A stretch of 64,000 bases of DNA from Felis catus (taxonomy: Eukaryota). Below the pieces are notes generated by a model. The model was not told the DNA's origin, ran no database searches, and worked only from the letters and a program-made list of their open reading frames with translations. The translations under genes and the position numbers were made by a program. This document shows positions 1 to 12,750 of the stretch, piece by piece. The stretch covers positions 222,334,001 through 222,398,000 of the forward strand of contig NC_058368.1 of assembly GCF_018350175.1 (NCBI RefSeq), in the 5' to 3' direction. Numbering within the stretch: the stretch's first letter is position 1; each line of letters begins with the position of its first letter.

Positions 1-211
1 TTAATCCACACGTTGTGGTGCATTCTCCAAGGAAATGAATATCAGAAGACACAATAAGTGAGCTAGGTTCAGAGCCCCAAGTAATCTATCTTTAAGTTAT
101 GGAAGAAGACAGCTGGTAATACATTAGGAAGGCAGGTTAAAATTTTTCTTTTTGAATTATTATTTTGGGATGGAAAAATTGGTAGCCTTGAAAGGCAAAA
201 GACTTAATTTA

Positions 212-233
212 GACTTTAAAAAAAGTTTATTTA

Positions 234-264
<31 letters not shown>

Positions 265-416
265 CAGGAGGGCAGAGAAACATAGAGAATCCCAAAAAGG
301 CTCTGCACTGTCATCTCAGAGCCCGATGCAGCACTGGAACTCATGAATCATGAGATCATGACTTGAGCTGAAACCAAGAGTCAGACGCTTAACCAACTGA
401 GCCACACAGGCACTCC
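212..416 (-). mobile_element. Can-SINE (SINEC), older subfamily
   Basis: Reverse-strand tRNA-like head, (GA)n and T-rich tail; TSD aaaagacttaattta at 197-211 and 417-431. Confidence 0.9.
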
Positions 417-1412
417 AAAAGACTTAATTTAATTGCTTTAAAGGAACATTTAAAAAGAATCATTTAAAGGGAAAATTAAAAAAAATAGTTTTATAGAGAA
501 GGAATAAAATTGAAGAGACCTTAATGAGGCTTCGAGGAAAATAGTTTTCATCAGATTTCGGGGAAGAAACAAGGAATGCTGAACTATGCAGAGATCCATC
601 CACAAAGGTAAAATGCTATTAGTACCTCCACGGCTGAAGGAGCTAAGGGAAGAAAGAGTGTACTTTAAGGCCAGACATAGGTGAAATCATCAAAGACTCT
701 CCAGCAAATCAGTACTAGTATGTAGAGAAAAGCAGGAGAAAAATACTCAGATCTCTCTCCTTCTACCCTCGATATTTCATTTTACCTTTTGTTTCATTGC
801 AAGGCAGCCTGAGAGATGGTGTCATCAGGGGCCAGGTTAACAGATGCAGAGCAGGCCAGGGGAGGCCGAGGTGTAGAGGGGTCAGGGATACAGATGGACG
901 AAAAACAAGCACATTAAAAAAAAGCCAAAAAAAAAAAAAAATTAAGGAAGTAAGACATAAGGATTAATGACAACAAACAAGATTCATACACTTTTCAAAA
1001 AGAAAAACTGATGCTGACCCTATATTACATCTAACTTGTTTTCAAAGCTCGAAGTTTTAATATCTAATTTACAGATGTCATGAGACACAGTTTTCACATA
1101 CTATTGTTTGATATTCTTTTCCCTGCTTTCTTATAATGGACATCAGTCATCACAGTACATGTCGCCACTTTGACAATTAAAACAGGTATGACAGAATGCA
1201 TATATAAAACTACTGTTGAGTTTTCTTCTCTAATTCAAAAAATAGAAAAATGCCTAAGGGGAACAGGAAATTGTGTCTTTGTTCTAATAATACATTAGAA
1301 TAGAAGGCAGGAAATAACTCTACCTAGGGAATCTGGGAATTTGGGTTACGGGCTAGGTAGAAGGTGAGAAGGAGAAGAAATATAGATCAATTATTTTAGG
1401 GAGGTGTTTTAT

Positions 1413-1613
1413 GTTAAGTTTATTTATTCTGAGGGGGAGGGGGGGCAGAGAGCAGGGGAGGGGCAGAGAGAGAGGAAGAGAGAGAATCCCAAGGGGGCTC
1501 TGCACTGTCAGCACCTAACCCAACCTGGGGCTTGATCTCATAAACCACAAGAAAATGACATAAGCCAAAATCAAGGGTCAGATGTTTCACTGACTGAGCC
1601 ACCCAGAAACCCC
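1413..1613 (-). mobile_element. Can-SINE
   Basis: SINE body ending ctgagccacccag; imperfect TSD tagg(g/a)aggtgtttt. Confidence 0.85.
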
Positions 1614-1936
1614 ATAGGAAGGTGTTTTTATGACTGTGTATACATGTATTAAGTGTATTGAAGACACAGCATTGCCTTTCATCCGAACACAGCACATCAG
1701 ATGAATAGGGGAGGTGTGTTTATTGGGATTTTCCATTAATAGATTTAAATCATAGTCTGGACTGCTCAGCACAAGCATGAAAAGTGCCCAAGAGTTTTAT
1801 TGAACGGTTCTAGTGGACACACATGTAAGTACTCTTAGCCGTACGTGGAGCAGGGATCTTCACAATGATGATGAAGTCTGTCCCTGCTAGTTAACCCTAT
1901 GTGTTTAACTCTCATGCATAAAGTGGATTTCTAGTC

Positions 1937-2160
1937 TTTTTTTTTTTAATTTTTTTTCAACGTTTATTTATTTTTGGGACAGAGAGAGACAGAGCATGAA
2001 CGGGGGAGGGCCACAGAGAGAGGGAGACACAGAGTCGGAAACAGGCTCCAGGCTCTGAGCCATCAGCCCAGAGCCCTACGGGGGGCTCGAACTCACAGAC
2101 CGCGAGATCATGACCTGGCTGAAGTCGGACGCTTAACCGACTGCGCCACCCAGGCGCCCC
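1937..2160 (-). mobile_element. Young felid SINE (SINEC_Fc-type)
   Basis: CpG-rich, near-consensus body ending gactgcgccacccaggcgcccc; poly-T tail. Confidence 0.95.
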
Positions 2161-3349
2161 TCGGTTTTGTTTTTTGATAGCACAGAAACCGACTATGCAC
2201 TTATAAGAATGATCCCTGAGTTGGAAATAACTGATATGTCCCCCAAAATAAAAAGTCGTATTTACTTGCCTTTTTAAGAAAGAAGAAAACTTTCTTTAAA
2301 GAAATTTTAAGGAATTGGAAAAGACTAAGTGAATAAAAATGAGATTAATAAGAACAAAAGTATTTTTTTGTGCCATACATCTTTTAGCTTATTTTAAACT
2401 CTGAACTTATTGCATCTTTTCATAGTTTGCATAAGACAAAGATTTTTAAAAATAGGCTGTTTTAAAAGGACTACCATTATAAGCAAATTTCCTTGAATCT
2501 ATGAATTCTGAAATGCAAAATGTAATGATGCACAGGTCTTTAATGGTTTCCTAAACTCCAAAGAGTTAAGGACGTTGTAAACATTAAATCACTTTGCTTG
2601 AGCTGAGGCATTTACTAATATTTAAACATTTGCTGTTAAGTATGAGAACAACTAGTTTTTCTTAAGGGTGTAAATCTTGTGTTCTGTGGAAGAAAGACAT
2701 TTCAAAAAAAATAGAAGCTAAAGAATTGATTTTGTTCATAGAAAAATGACATGCAGTTCCAGTTCCTCCAGTGTTTCATTTTCTGACACAAATCACAAGC
2801 TCTCATCTCTTTAATACATTGTATTAAAATGCAAAAATATTTATGGACAATTTTCTTAATGTAAGCTTTTTAATTTGCAAAATTCTCAGGTATAATTATA
2901 GTTAGATGTTCTATGTTGTTTTTGTAAACTAATTGTTACCAGAAACCTCAGTACTGAAACCTAATATTACATCTAATCCTTATTACTCATAGCAGTAAAT
3001 AAATAATTAGTAACTAAGGACTTTAAATAAGAAAATAATAAATTAAATATATAATTAAGAGTAAATTAATAATAAACACATCTTGGTCTCCCTTTCCTGG
3101 AAATATTTTTATTCATAAAGAGCATATTCTTGAAAGAAAGCAGTTTTGAAACAAAATGCCACTAGAGGTGATGGAGACATTAAGATTATAATTTTGCCTG
3201 TTGTGAATAGATAATCAAGAAATATTATTATGCCAATAGCACAAAAAAGATCAAGCTAATGCCTGGGGTTTTAGTGCACCTATAAGGTATAAAATTATTA
3301 GAGCTGAAAATGTTTGAGTCAAATTTGGATGTTATTTAATAATAGCAAA

Positions 3350-3523
3350 ATTTTTAAGTTTATTTTATTTGCTTAGAGAGGTGAGAGAGAGAGAGAGGAT
3401 CCCGGGCAGGCTCCATAATGTTGGCATGGACCCTGACCAGGGGCTCAGTCCCAGGAACTTCGAGGTCATGTCCTAAGCTGAAATTTTGTCAGATGCCCAA
3501 CTGACTGAGCCACCCAGGCCCCC
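3350..3523 (-). mobile_element. Can-SINE, diverged
   Basis: (GA)n followed by ctgactgagccacccagg. Confidence 0.8.
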
Positions 3524-3821
3524 AATAAGAATAAGTTGTTAAGTTCCTTATGTTTAGCTAGAAATATATTCTTACCTGAAATAGAGTTAGCTGGCAATAC
3601 TAAAAAGCAACATGGAAGGAGAGAAAAAAAATTGAAGCATATAAAATACCACAGGTAATCATTATTTTCAAAGAAAGAAACTTTAGTTAATATATTCAGA
3701 CATAGATTTTTTCCCTTTTTCCAAAACTAGTTATTTCAGAACTGTTAATAGTCTCTCAAAAGTCACTTTGTAGGCTTTAAAAAACCCCTATGGAAATATT
3801 TTAATGCAAAGAAATGTTCAC

Positions 3822-4038
3822 GGGGCGCCTGGGTAGCTCAGTTGGTTAAGCGTACAACTTCAGCTCAGGTTGTGATCTCATGGTTTGTGAGTTTGAGTCC
3901 CGCACCAGGCTCTGTGCTGACAGTTCAGAGCCTGGAGCCTGCCTCAGATTCTGTGTCTCACTCTCTCTGCCCCTCCCCTGTTCATACTCATGCTCTCTCT
4001 CTCTCAAAGAATAAATAAGCATTAAAAAATTAAAAAAA
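3822..4038 (+). mobile_element. SINEC_Fc-type SINE
   Basis: ggggcgcctgggtagctcag head, (CT)n, aataaa and A tail; imperfect TSD aaagaaat. Confidence 0.92.
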
Positions 4039-5385
4039 GAAATATTGATGAATGCAACTTATCTATACAGTTTCCTCTTCGTTCTTGAGGAAGTATCAAT
4101 TTTCCTTTTAACTGATTCTCTATTGATGATAGTCCTTTAACTTAAGTGCATACATTAAAACATAAAATGGTTTAGATTATTAATTTTTCTGTCATGAGGT
4201 TGACCAGTTATTGCAAGTTGCTAAACATAATATATGATTTGATTTAGCTGTTTAATTAATGACCTTATTTTTTTTCCTAAAAGCAATTAGTAGATTTTTT
4301 TCATTTCTGTTTTTCTCATTTACTTAATAATTTCTGAACATAAATATTTACCCAGTAAATCTAAGTTACAAATATAATGCGATAATACTATTTTGACATA
4401 AATGGACCAAAACATTTCACCAGAAGAATCATTAATCTGTTGGAAATGATTTTTAAAGTCTTTGCAGTGCAAGGAGAACAGTTTTGAAAAAAAGACAAAG
4501 ACTTCAAAAATAATGCACAATGAAGGATATGTGAACTGTAATGCATATGGAAATATCCACTAAATGAGGGAGAAATATTAGAAAAGATAGCCTGGCACCC
4601 TAATATCTTTTAAAAGTCTATATGCTAACGGATAATGTGAAAATTAACACAACTGGTAAGAATTTCACTGTAAGGAATTTCATCTGTCTGATATTACTGG
4701 GAAAACAAAAGCAAACAAGCCTAACTTATAGCATCAAGATGAAACTCAAGGACATGGTGTACTGACAGCAGAATAGAAGGAGCTTAAGTATGTATCATTA
4801 CGATGTGTCCTATTTAGACATCCATGTGATTGACACTTACAAAATGTTAGATGTAAAGGGAAATAACCAGACCATAAAATTGCAGAAATGGTTCCTTCAC
4901 TTGATCAAGACTGAAGTAAATAATTACTAATGTCTTAAACCCTGACTTTTATAACAAAATGACTATTTTGCTAATACAGTGGAAAGTTACAAAAGTCATA
5001 TGCATGCTGACTAAAAAGCATATGCTGATTTTGAAAGAAATGAAAGTGGCATATAGGCAAGATATACTTGTGACACATGTTTTACTTCCCTTGATTACAA
5101 TCTCAGGGAATAATAATAAAGGAACGATGATGATGGTGACAATAATGATACACAATTAGAACTGGGCCTAAATAGAGAGTGCTTTCGTGCTTTCTAAGCA
5201 GGACCCTTTCCAAAATATTATTTCTTACAATATATCCTTAAACTGGCTTTAATACTTTAAAACCAAAAGCTTTCTTATATTTTCTATTTTTGTAACCATG
5301 TTGTTCTCATAGATATATTTGATAATGATGATCACAATTTCTCTACATAATGATCTTCCCATCACAGAATATAGTCATTCATTTA

Positions 5386-5387
<2 letters not shown>

Positions 5388-5418
<31 letters not shown>
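5388..5418. repeat. (TTA)n microsatellite
   Basis: Direct reading. Confidence 0.9.
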
Positions 5419-5514
5419 GGGAATTGTTAATTAAAATTCATTCTTCTATAGATTTTAAGAACTATCTTAAAAGGACATCCAATGCAACATCCTTTAAAAT
5501 TAGTTCATTAAACT

Positions 5515-5726
5515 GGGGCACCTGTGTGGCTTGGCAGGTTAAGTGTCGACTCTTGATTTTGACTCAGGTCATGATTTCAGTTTGTGAGACTGAGCCCCAC
5601 AGGGGGCTCTGCACTGACAAGGAGGAGCCTGCTTGGGATTCTCTCTCCCTCTTTCTCTGCCCCTCCCCCACTCTAGCATGTATGTGCTCTTTTTCTCTCT
5701 CTAAAAAAAGTTAAAAATCATAAAAA
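5515..5726 (+). mobile_element. Can-SINE
   Basis: SINE head, body and tail; TSD-like tagttcat on both sides. Confidence 0.88.
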
Positions 5727-6160
5727 AATAGTTCATAAAATAGAAAAGTTTTGTAATATTTCAATCTTCTAAGAGTATTGCTAGGAAGGACAGTTAATTC
5801 TACTCACCCTTACAATTCCGAGTGTCCAGGGAAGACCAGTCAAAGTAGACGGTAAGACTACTGAATTAACATGAACATTGAGGCCAATCTATGGCGATTT
5901 TTTTTCCTGATGCTTTCTTTTCCCCTAACACCTGCAAATCACAGTTGTCTGAAAGTAGTCATGTCTTTCCCTTAGGTGTCCCCCAAGATCTAGACCTACA
6001 TCTAAAGAAAATACTGTATTTGCTTTGGGTATCCATCACACTATGCTCTCAAGCTTAATAGTTTACCCATAATAGTTAACCTGTTCGTTGCTCTTCACTT
6101 GGCTGGTTGTGTTAGTTTCTCAATTTGGAAGGAAGGAAGGGTAAATAACTTGCAGTCTAA

Positions 6161-6384
6161 GGGTGACTGGGTGACTCAGTCGGTTAAGCAACCAGCTTCG
6201 GCTCAAGTCATGATCTCACGGTTTGTGAGTTTGAGCCCTACATCGGCCCCTGTGCTGACAACTCAGAGCCTGGACCCTGCTTCGGATTCTGTGTCTCCCT
6301 CTGTCGCTGCCCCTCCCCCTCTTACACTCTCTCTCTCTCTCTCTCTCAAAAATAAACATTAAAAATTAAAAGAAGAAAAAAAAA
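6161..6384 (+). mobile_element. SINEC_Fc-type SINE
   Basis: Head gggtgactgggtgactcagtcggttaag, (CT)n, A tail. Confidence 0.9.
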
Positions 6385-6435
6385 CTTTTGGTCTCAACAT
6401 TACAACAAAACAAGCACTTTTGTTGGCACATGTAT

Positions 6436-6477
6436 GCACACACACACGCACACACACACACACACTCGCGCACACAC
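6436..6477. repeat. (CA)n microsatellite
   Basis: Direct reading. Confidence 0.9.
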
Positions 6478-7983
6478 CGGAGAGAAATGTTATTCTTTCT
6501 GATTGCCATCTGTGTCAATAAACAATATTTTGTGTGGCTCAGATTTAGGACAAAAATGAGTAAGTTAGAAGAAATGCCAGAGAAAGTGCAAGAAAGTAGG
6601 AGAATGGCATAAAGGAAAAACAGAAGAACAATCTAGATCCCAGCCGGAATTGTAATCCAAGAAGTCAAATGTCCTAGTTTGCTTATCTCTCATGAGAACT
6701 ATAATCCATATTAGGTAGGGTATATTTTACTGGATGTCTGATTATTTTTAATGTAATTTCAAGGAGATAGGCTGAACTAGTCTTTTTTGCCAGATTCGAT
6801 TCTATTTAACATGAGAGTTGTGGGACTATTTGAACATAAAGATATTTCTGCTTGTTAGACCTAGTAAAACTCTTTTATCTTCTAAAGTAATGGAGTTAAA
6901 ATATATGGCCCTCTCTTGGGTTTTCTTCCCTCTAAGAGTAGCCAGGGTTAAAAAGTCATTTCAAACCTAGCAAAAGTGTGACCCAGCCAGCAAGTTCATT
7001 TTAATAAACTTCCTTTTTTTACTTTTCATGGAACCAAAAGTGTATTTAATTTGGGATGATGTTGACCACATAAGGGTGAAGTCAGGGAAAGGGCCACAAG
7101 CGTTATGTGTGCAATGCTCACCCTTAATCACCAGAGGAAAGAAAAGGTTAAAATGGTCACAGAGGAACACACGGCATGGATGGATTTCTGAAGCTATTTT
7201 CTGAAAACTCTATTTCTGGGAAAGAACTGTTATAGGAAGGTGGAGCAGGAGATTTTATTCACTTAGAGGAAAAGCTGACATTTGCCCCCGTAATTCAGTG
7301 TTGTGTCAATGTCCCTATGATGGTACAATTGTGTTATGAATCTTCTCTGCTTTAGATTGTGGGGCTAAATGGGAACATAATAGGAGGGAATTTGTTGTTG
7401 TTGTTGTTGATTTCTGTTTAATTTGCTTTGTTTTTAGGATTGGTCATAGGCCAATACTGATTTCAGTGGTATCTGCAAACTGCAGAAAGAAGGCAAATAC
7501 AATCTCCTATATATTTTGGCAAATGTAGACTGGATTCAAATTCTTAATCGCTTCTGGTGTTCGTCAGTGTCCCACCCTCAGCCAGCCTTTAGTTAGTACT
7601 GACACAGTTCATGATCATTAGCCAATTAATTGAATAAATTACAATAAAAATGTGCCCATTTCTTTTTCAACAATCCTTGAGAGCTAAGGATTGTTATCTA
7701 TCACTGGGCTTTACTACCACTGAAATGAATAATATAAATAATCTAGATAACTATAAAAAGGGAAAATTCTTCTCCCCCCCACCCCCAAGAAATTTATATC
7801 CTATTAGAAAATTAGAGAAGGACACTAAGGTCATAGTCATGTAATTATGAGATTCAGATTTATTCATGAAATAAATAGTACTCTGAGGAAAAAAAATAAT
7901 GAAAGTGTTTTTGTTTTGCCTTGGTGTGTGTGTGTGTGTGTTCTTCCTGGAATGCAATAGAAAACTTTTCAGTATATGGGTAT

Positions 7984-8822
7984 TTACAAGGATCCTCTCC
8001 ATGAGTAAACTCTAGTCAGACTCCTCTGAGCCTTCATCTTGACTGAGACTCAGCTTGGATTATATGGACAACCAAATAGTGAGTTGCTAACAGCACAAGT
8101 CTGTGTGACTGAAATGACACTACCCTGCCTGAGAAAACTCAAGCCTGCCAAGTAATGTACTGTTTGTGCCGCCCAACAACTGATGATAAGGACCCCAGTC
8201 TCCCATTTATGAATGAATGTAAACTAATTTCAGTAACTGCTGGTTCTCAGATCCAGGTAGGTTTCAGATGGATCACACCCTCCTGCTGGCTTTTGGTAAT
8301 TTTTCTCTTCCCTGACACCACTTAAGGCTCCACTGAGCCCTGTCCCCACTGCCTCATTCTCTGTTTGCTTGCTTGTTTTTGTCTGTTATATAATTGACAT
8401 GTAACCTTGTGTAAATTTAAGGTGTACAACCTGTTGATTACCATAGTAGCTTTAGTTTCATTTCTCACATTAGGTAATTATCATTTCCTTTTTATGGTGA
8501 GAACATTTAAGATCTGGTCTCTTAGTAATTTTGAATTATAGAATAGAGTGCAGTTGACTATAATCACCGTGTTGTACATTAGATCTCCAGAACATACTCA
8601 TCTTTCAGTTGCAAGTTTACCTTTCAACAGAACTTCCCCAATTCCCCCACCCTCCAGGTCCTGATAAGTACTGTTCTACTGTTTGATTTATTCTTTAAAA
8701 TGCCCAGTCTTCTATGCATAAGTCGAAATGGAGCTCAGCTCTTTCTCCTACTGCCAGTAGTTACTGAATAAAATCTGTTTTCACCACTTTACCTAATGTC
8801 CAGCTATATTTATCTTTTGACA
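7984..8822 (+). mobile_element. ERV1 solo LTR, MER31/MER67-like, interrupted by an L1 fragment
   Basis: Start resembles the remembered MER31 5' end (ctctagtcagactcctctgagcc); aataaa near 8767; ends ...tttgaca; 4-bp TSD gtat at 7980-7983 and 8823-8826. Confidence 0.75.
8365..8690 (-). mobile_element. L1 3'UTR fragment (L1MA/MB-like) nested in the LTR
   Basis: ataattgacat...gtgagaacatttaagatct...gttgtacattagatctccagaac. Confidence 0.8.
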
Positions 8823-9142
8823 GTATCCATTATCCAGAACCCTTCATAATGCACAGAAAATTAAAGAAATAACGGTCTCTCCAATAGACTCATAAATGGT
8901 TAGATTTTTCACCACCCTCCCCATTCTGATGCCATCAGTCATGAATCATTGACATCACTATCTCCAAGTGGTGTTGCTTATGGCTCACTTACCTTGTGCT
9001 TTTAGTGTTGACTTGTTACGATACAACTTGCATTAATGCAGCATTTTACAACTGGCTTAGAATAATTTTTAAAGTGCTGAATGGAGTGAATACCGTTTTA
9101 GAACCCTATTTCCATATTGTACAAACTCCTTTGATAAACCAG

Positions 9143-9738
9143 CTATATTAGATTGCATTACTGTTAAAAAGTATTCACTGCCGGGGGACCTGGGTGGCTC
9201 AGTTGGTTAAGCGTTCAACTTCGGCTCAGGTCATGATGTCCTTCCTGGTTCATGAGTCTGAGCCCCCATTGGGCTCTGTGCTGACAGCTTGGAGCCTGGA
9301 GCCTGTTTCAGATTCTGTGTCTTCCTCTCTCTCTGACCCTCCCCCACTCTCTCACTCTCCCCCCCGCCCCCGGCCTCTAAAAATAAATACACATTAAAAA
9401 ATTAAGAAAAAATATCCAGTGCTCTTCCATGAGGAAGAATACTTCCTATTCCAAGGGTTTCAGGATTGCCATGTATCTTATTTAGCCAATTAACTATGAG
9501 CATGAATGTGACAATTCTGAAGAGAAACTTTAAGGGCTGGGGCAGAGTTTGTGATGAACTGATTTTATCTCTGTTTGAGAACCTAGCAGCATGGGTTCTT
9601 AAGTGAAGACAAGGTGAGATTGACCTGGGATAGAATGTAGGATAATATACCCTAAAAAATATACCCTAGTTATTGTAAGAAAAAAGATTTGGGAGTTGTT
9701 TGTTATGCTATAACCTAGTGCATCTTTGCCTGGGCACA
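9143..9738 (+). mobile_element. MaLR LTR (MLT1H-K-like) split by a SINE
   Basis: 3' end gatttgggagttgtttgttatg...taacctag resembles the MLT1 terminus. Confidence 0.6.
9183..9407 (+). mobile_element. SINEC_Fc-type SINE
   Basis: Canonical head, body and A tail. Confidence 0.9.
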
Positions 9739-10099
9739 GGCAGGACCATAAAGAGAATATGAATATACATATAGTAGGAGGGTTCTGAGATCACCGTCAG
9801 AAAATATTATCACTGAATGCAATGTAGTTAAATCAATAAAACAAAAAGGGTAGATTTGTCTCCCTGTTTCTTCATTTAATTCATTTCAGTTTTATTTTTG
9901 TTCTATTTTTTTAATTCATTCAACATGTGTTGAAATATCTTCTAGGGAGTCCTACTTAAACAAATTCAATTTCATTCCCCTTTGCTGGATATAAAAATTT
10001 CTCCTATGATGTTCATCCTTTTAGGCAATTTATATAGATTTGCATAATAGGTACTCATGATATATTTGGTTATGTAAATTAAAATTACATATTATTGAT

Positions 10100-10400
10100 C
10101 TGATGAAACTTTCTTATGTTAATGCATACATATCTATTATATTCATTTTAACCCCTGTATTGTATTCTATAGTAGGTTTACAATTCCATTTCAGTTTATT
10201 TAATTGTTCATATTGATGCACATCCATTTACCCCTAATTATTCACTATTATAATCAAAATTACAATGGGTATTCTTATGCTTTCTCCCTAAGCAAGTGTG
10301 TATGACAAGAACTGGTAATGGGATGGCCTGTTAATTCTTCCATTGTTTTCCTCTTTTCCTCCAAAATGACTATAGTGGTTTACACTTGCACAAGCAGAAA
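10100..10400 (-). mobile_element. Old L1M fragment, left host of the EBLL
   Basis: ctccaaaatgactatagtggtttacacttgcacaagcag resembles antisense L1M; appears to resume near 13465-13550 and 13910-13975. Confidence 0.55.
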
Positions 10401-10743
10401 AGGCTATAACTTATTGCACAGCTATTTTTTGAAACATGTAAGACTTTTATATCTTTATTATTTAACAAGCTTACAAGTACTGTCCTAATCCTGTTCTGGG
10501 CTTGCAGTCATCATGTTGATATTTCAAACTTCACCTACCACTCCTCCGCAGTTTTCTATTAAAGATTGGGTAGGGAAGATGGTTTCCGATAGCTGTAAGT
10601 TCTTTGCATCCTCCAAAACAGGGCAAAAATTAATAAAAAATAAAAGCAAATAGTGGAATTTATGAGAGCCTAGTATTTGCACAGGGAATTTGTTAGAGAC
10701 CGCAGCATGGTGGTACTGGTGCTTGACAGACTATATGACAGAC

Positions 10744-11193
10744 TATATGTATATATATGTGTATATACACATATATACACATATACACATGTATACACAT
10801 ATACACATATGTATATACACATATACACATGTATATATATATATACATATATACATGTACACACATGCATATACACATATACATATATACACATACATAT
10901 ACACACATACATATACACATACAAATATACACACATCCATATACACATGTACATATGCATATGTATTCATATATACATATACATACACACATATATACAC
11001 ATACATGTACACATATACATGTACATATATACATATACATATGCATATACACATAAATATACATACACACATACATGTATATTTGCATATATACACATAC
11101 ATGTACATATATACATGAATATATACATACACATATACGTATATATATACGTGTATATATATATACACATATATATGTGTTTATTAATATGTG

Positions 11194-11265
<72 letters not shown>

Positions 11266-11270
11266 TATAT
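10744..11270. repeat. Complex alternating purine-pyrimidine (TA/CA/TG)n repeat, ~525 bp
   Basis: Direct reading; almost pure (TA)n from ~11200 to 11270. Confidence 0.97.
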
Positions 11271-12691
11271 AACCTAACCACAGGATGTTTTGATCTTGGT
11301 GGCTCATTTCAGGTCAAAGAAGTTTTGTCCACAATTGATTGTCTCTTTATACAGAGGCGGAAACATAAATTAAGATACAATGACCATAGGGATCTTAATA
11401 ATCCAAGTGTCCCCAAAGGCAGGAAGGATCTCAAGGTACAGGTTGTCACAGCTCATTACTCACACACAGTTTTTCCTGAACATGCTTGGCTGGTGCACAA
11501 TTTTATTACAAAAAAATAAAAACAAAAAAAAATCAAGGAGCCCTTATGTGCCTTTTGGTATCAGTGGGCAAAATGATATTTGATATTCTTACGAAACAGC
11601 TGACCATCTTATGTTACAGAGTAAAAGAGAGGCTCTTATTTTTAAAATATGCTTGCCAAACTAAGAGAATAAAGGGGGAGAAAGTGTCATGCTAAGCTGC
11701 TATTAAAGCGAACATTATAGAAAGGACAGAAGATTTTGTTAGCATGTAGAAACCACCCTAAAAAGGCTGGTGATAACTGTATCAAGTGCCTACAGAAAAT
11801 CTACACAAGTTTAAGATGAGGATCAGTATAAAAGAACTAAGGCAGTATTAGATGTTGTCAAGGTGATAGTTACTGCAGTTGTCAACGTTAATATATTGCT
11901 TGGACTCTGAGTGATGCTGGAGAAATTATATAAGAAAGTCTCTTAAATAGGTCCAGATAGATGAAAGATAGTAAAGGGGGTTCAGGCAAGATCATTATAA
12001 AGTGTATGCCTGGCAGAATCAATGGAAAAATGTTGTGTTGGTGTAATTATTAATAGAGAAAAAGGTATGCAAGATTTGGTTGAATAATGGATGCTTCCAG
12101 GAGCAACCTGAGGACTTGATTTCATATTTCCGTGATGAGAGGCACCAAAATATGAAATGTACAAGAAAATGCTAGAAAAACACATTTCTGGATTAGATAG
12201 AAAAAGTAAAAAGAAAGAAGTCCTTCAGTTCCAGCTACCTCTGAGACACCTGGGACACAAGCTCCAGAAACATCTATCACAGCCTCAGCTCAGCAACCTT
12301 TTGAGGACAATTCTACACTTGTAGCACAAAGAAATGTGAGGATAAGGAAGGATCATTCCTTGGCTTTACAGAAATAGCAATCCATAGACAGGCAGTGGGC
12401 ACATCACCGGGGGCACAAGACTCACATGTGTTATCTCAAGAGATGGTGGGGCAGCGGGGATATCACCAATTGGAGCCACTGTGGAACAGACCTGGGTGTC
12501 AGAAACTTAGAGTATAAGAGAATATAAAAATTGTGAGGTTTTCATAAGGGAAGATAGGAAAGTCCCTGAAGAAGGAGCTGGTGATAATACAAATTTAAAA
12601 AATTTGCTAGATAGCAGATGACCCTTACTCAACTCAGAGAAAATAGTTTGCTGACACTGCCATTACTTTTTGGGTATAATATTTTCTTCAG

Positions 12692-12739
<48 letters not shown>

Positions 12740-12750
12740 ATCTATCTATC
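12692..12750. repeat. (TATC)n tetranucleotide repeat inside the EBLL
   Basis: Direct reading. Confidence 0.95.

Noticed and set aside
10241..10326. FTIIIK and QELVMG peptides resembling L (FTIIKS, QGLVMG)
   Set aside because: The DNA reads as antisense L1M and lies outside the candidate TSD. I treated it as coincidence, but the left EBLL boundary should be rechecked by alignment.
10677..11519. 280-aa ORF and seven overlapping Y/I/H/T/C/V-rich ORFs
   Set aside because: They are open only because alternating RY repeats lack stop codons. The ends carry EBLL peptides, but the L homology changes frame within the ORF, so it is not a real CDS.
11769..11777. GDN tripeptide as RdRp motif C
   Set aside because: It lies upstream of the motif B-like QKIYT. 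The correctly placed motif C is QGDS at 11859-11870.
11390..12030. Apparent similarity to bornavirus N (KDLK/HTVFP, LAESME) or circovirus Rep (LNNPS)
   Set aside because: The matches are sparse with inconsistent spacing or order. The L-protein alignment explains the region far better and collinearly.
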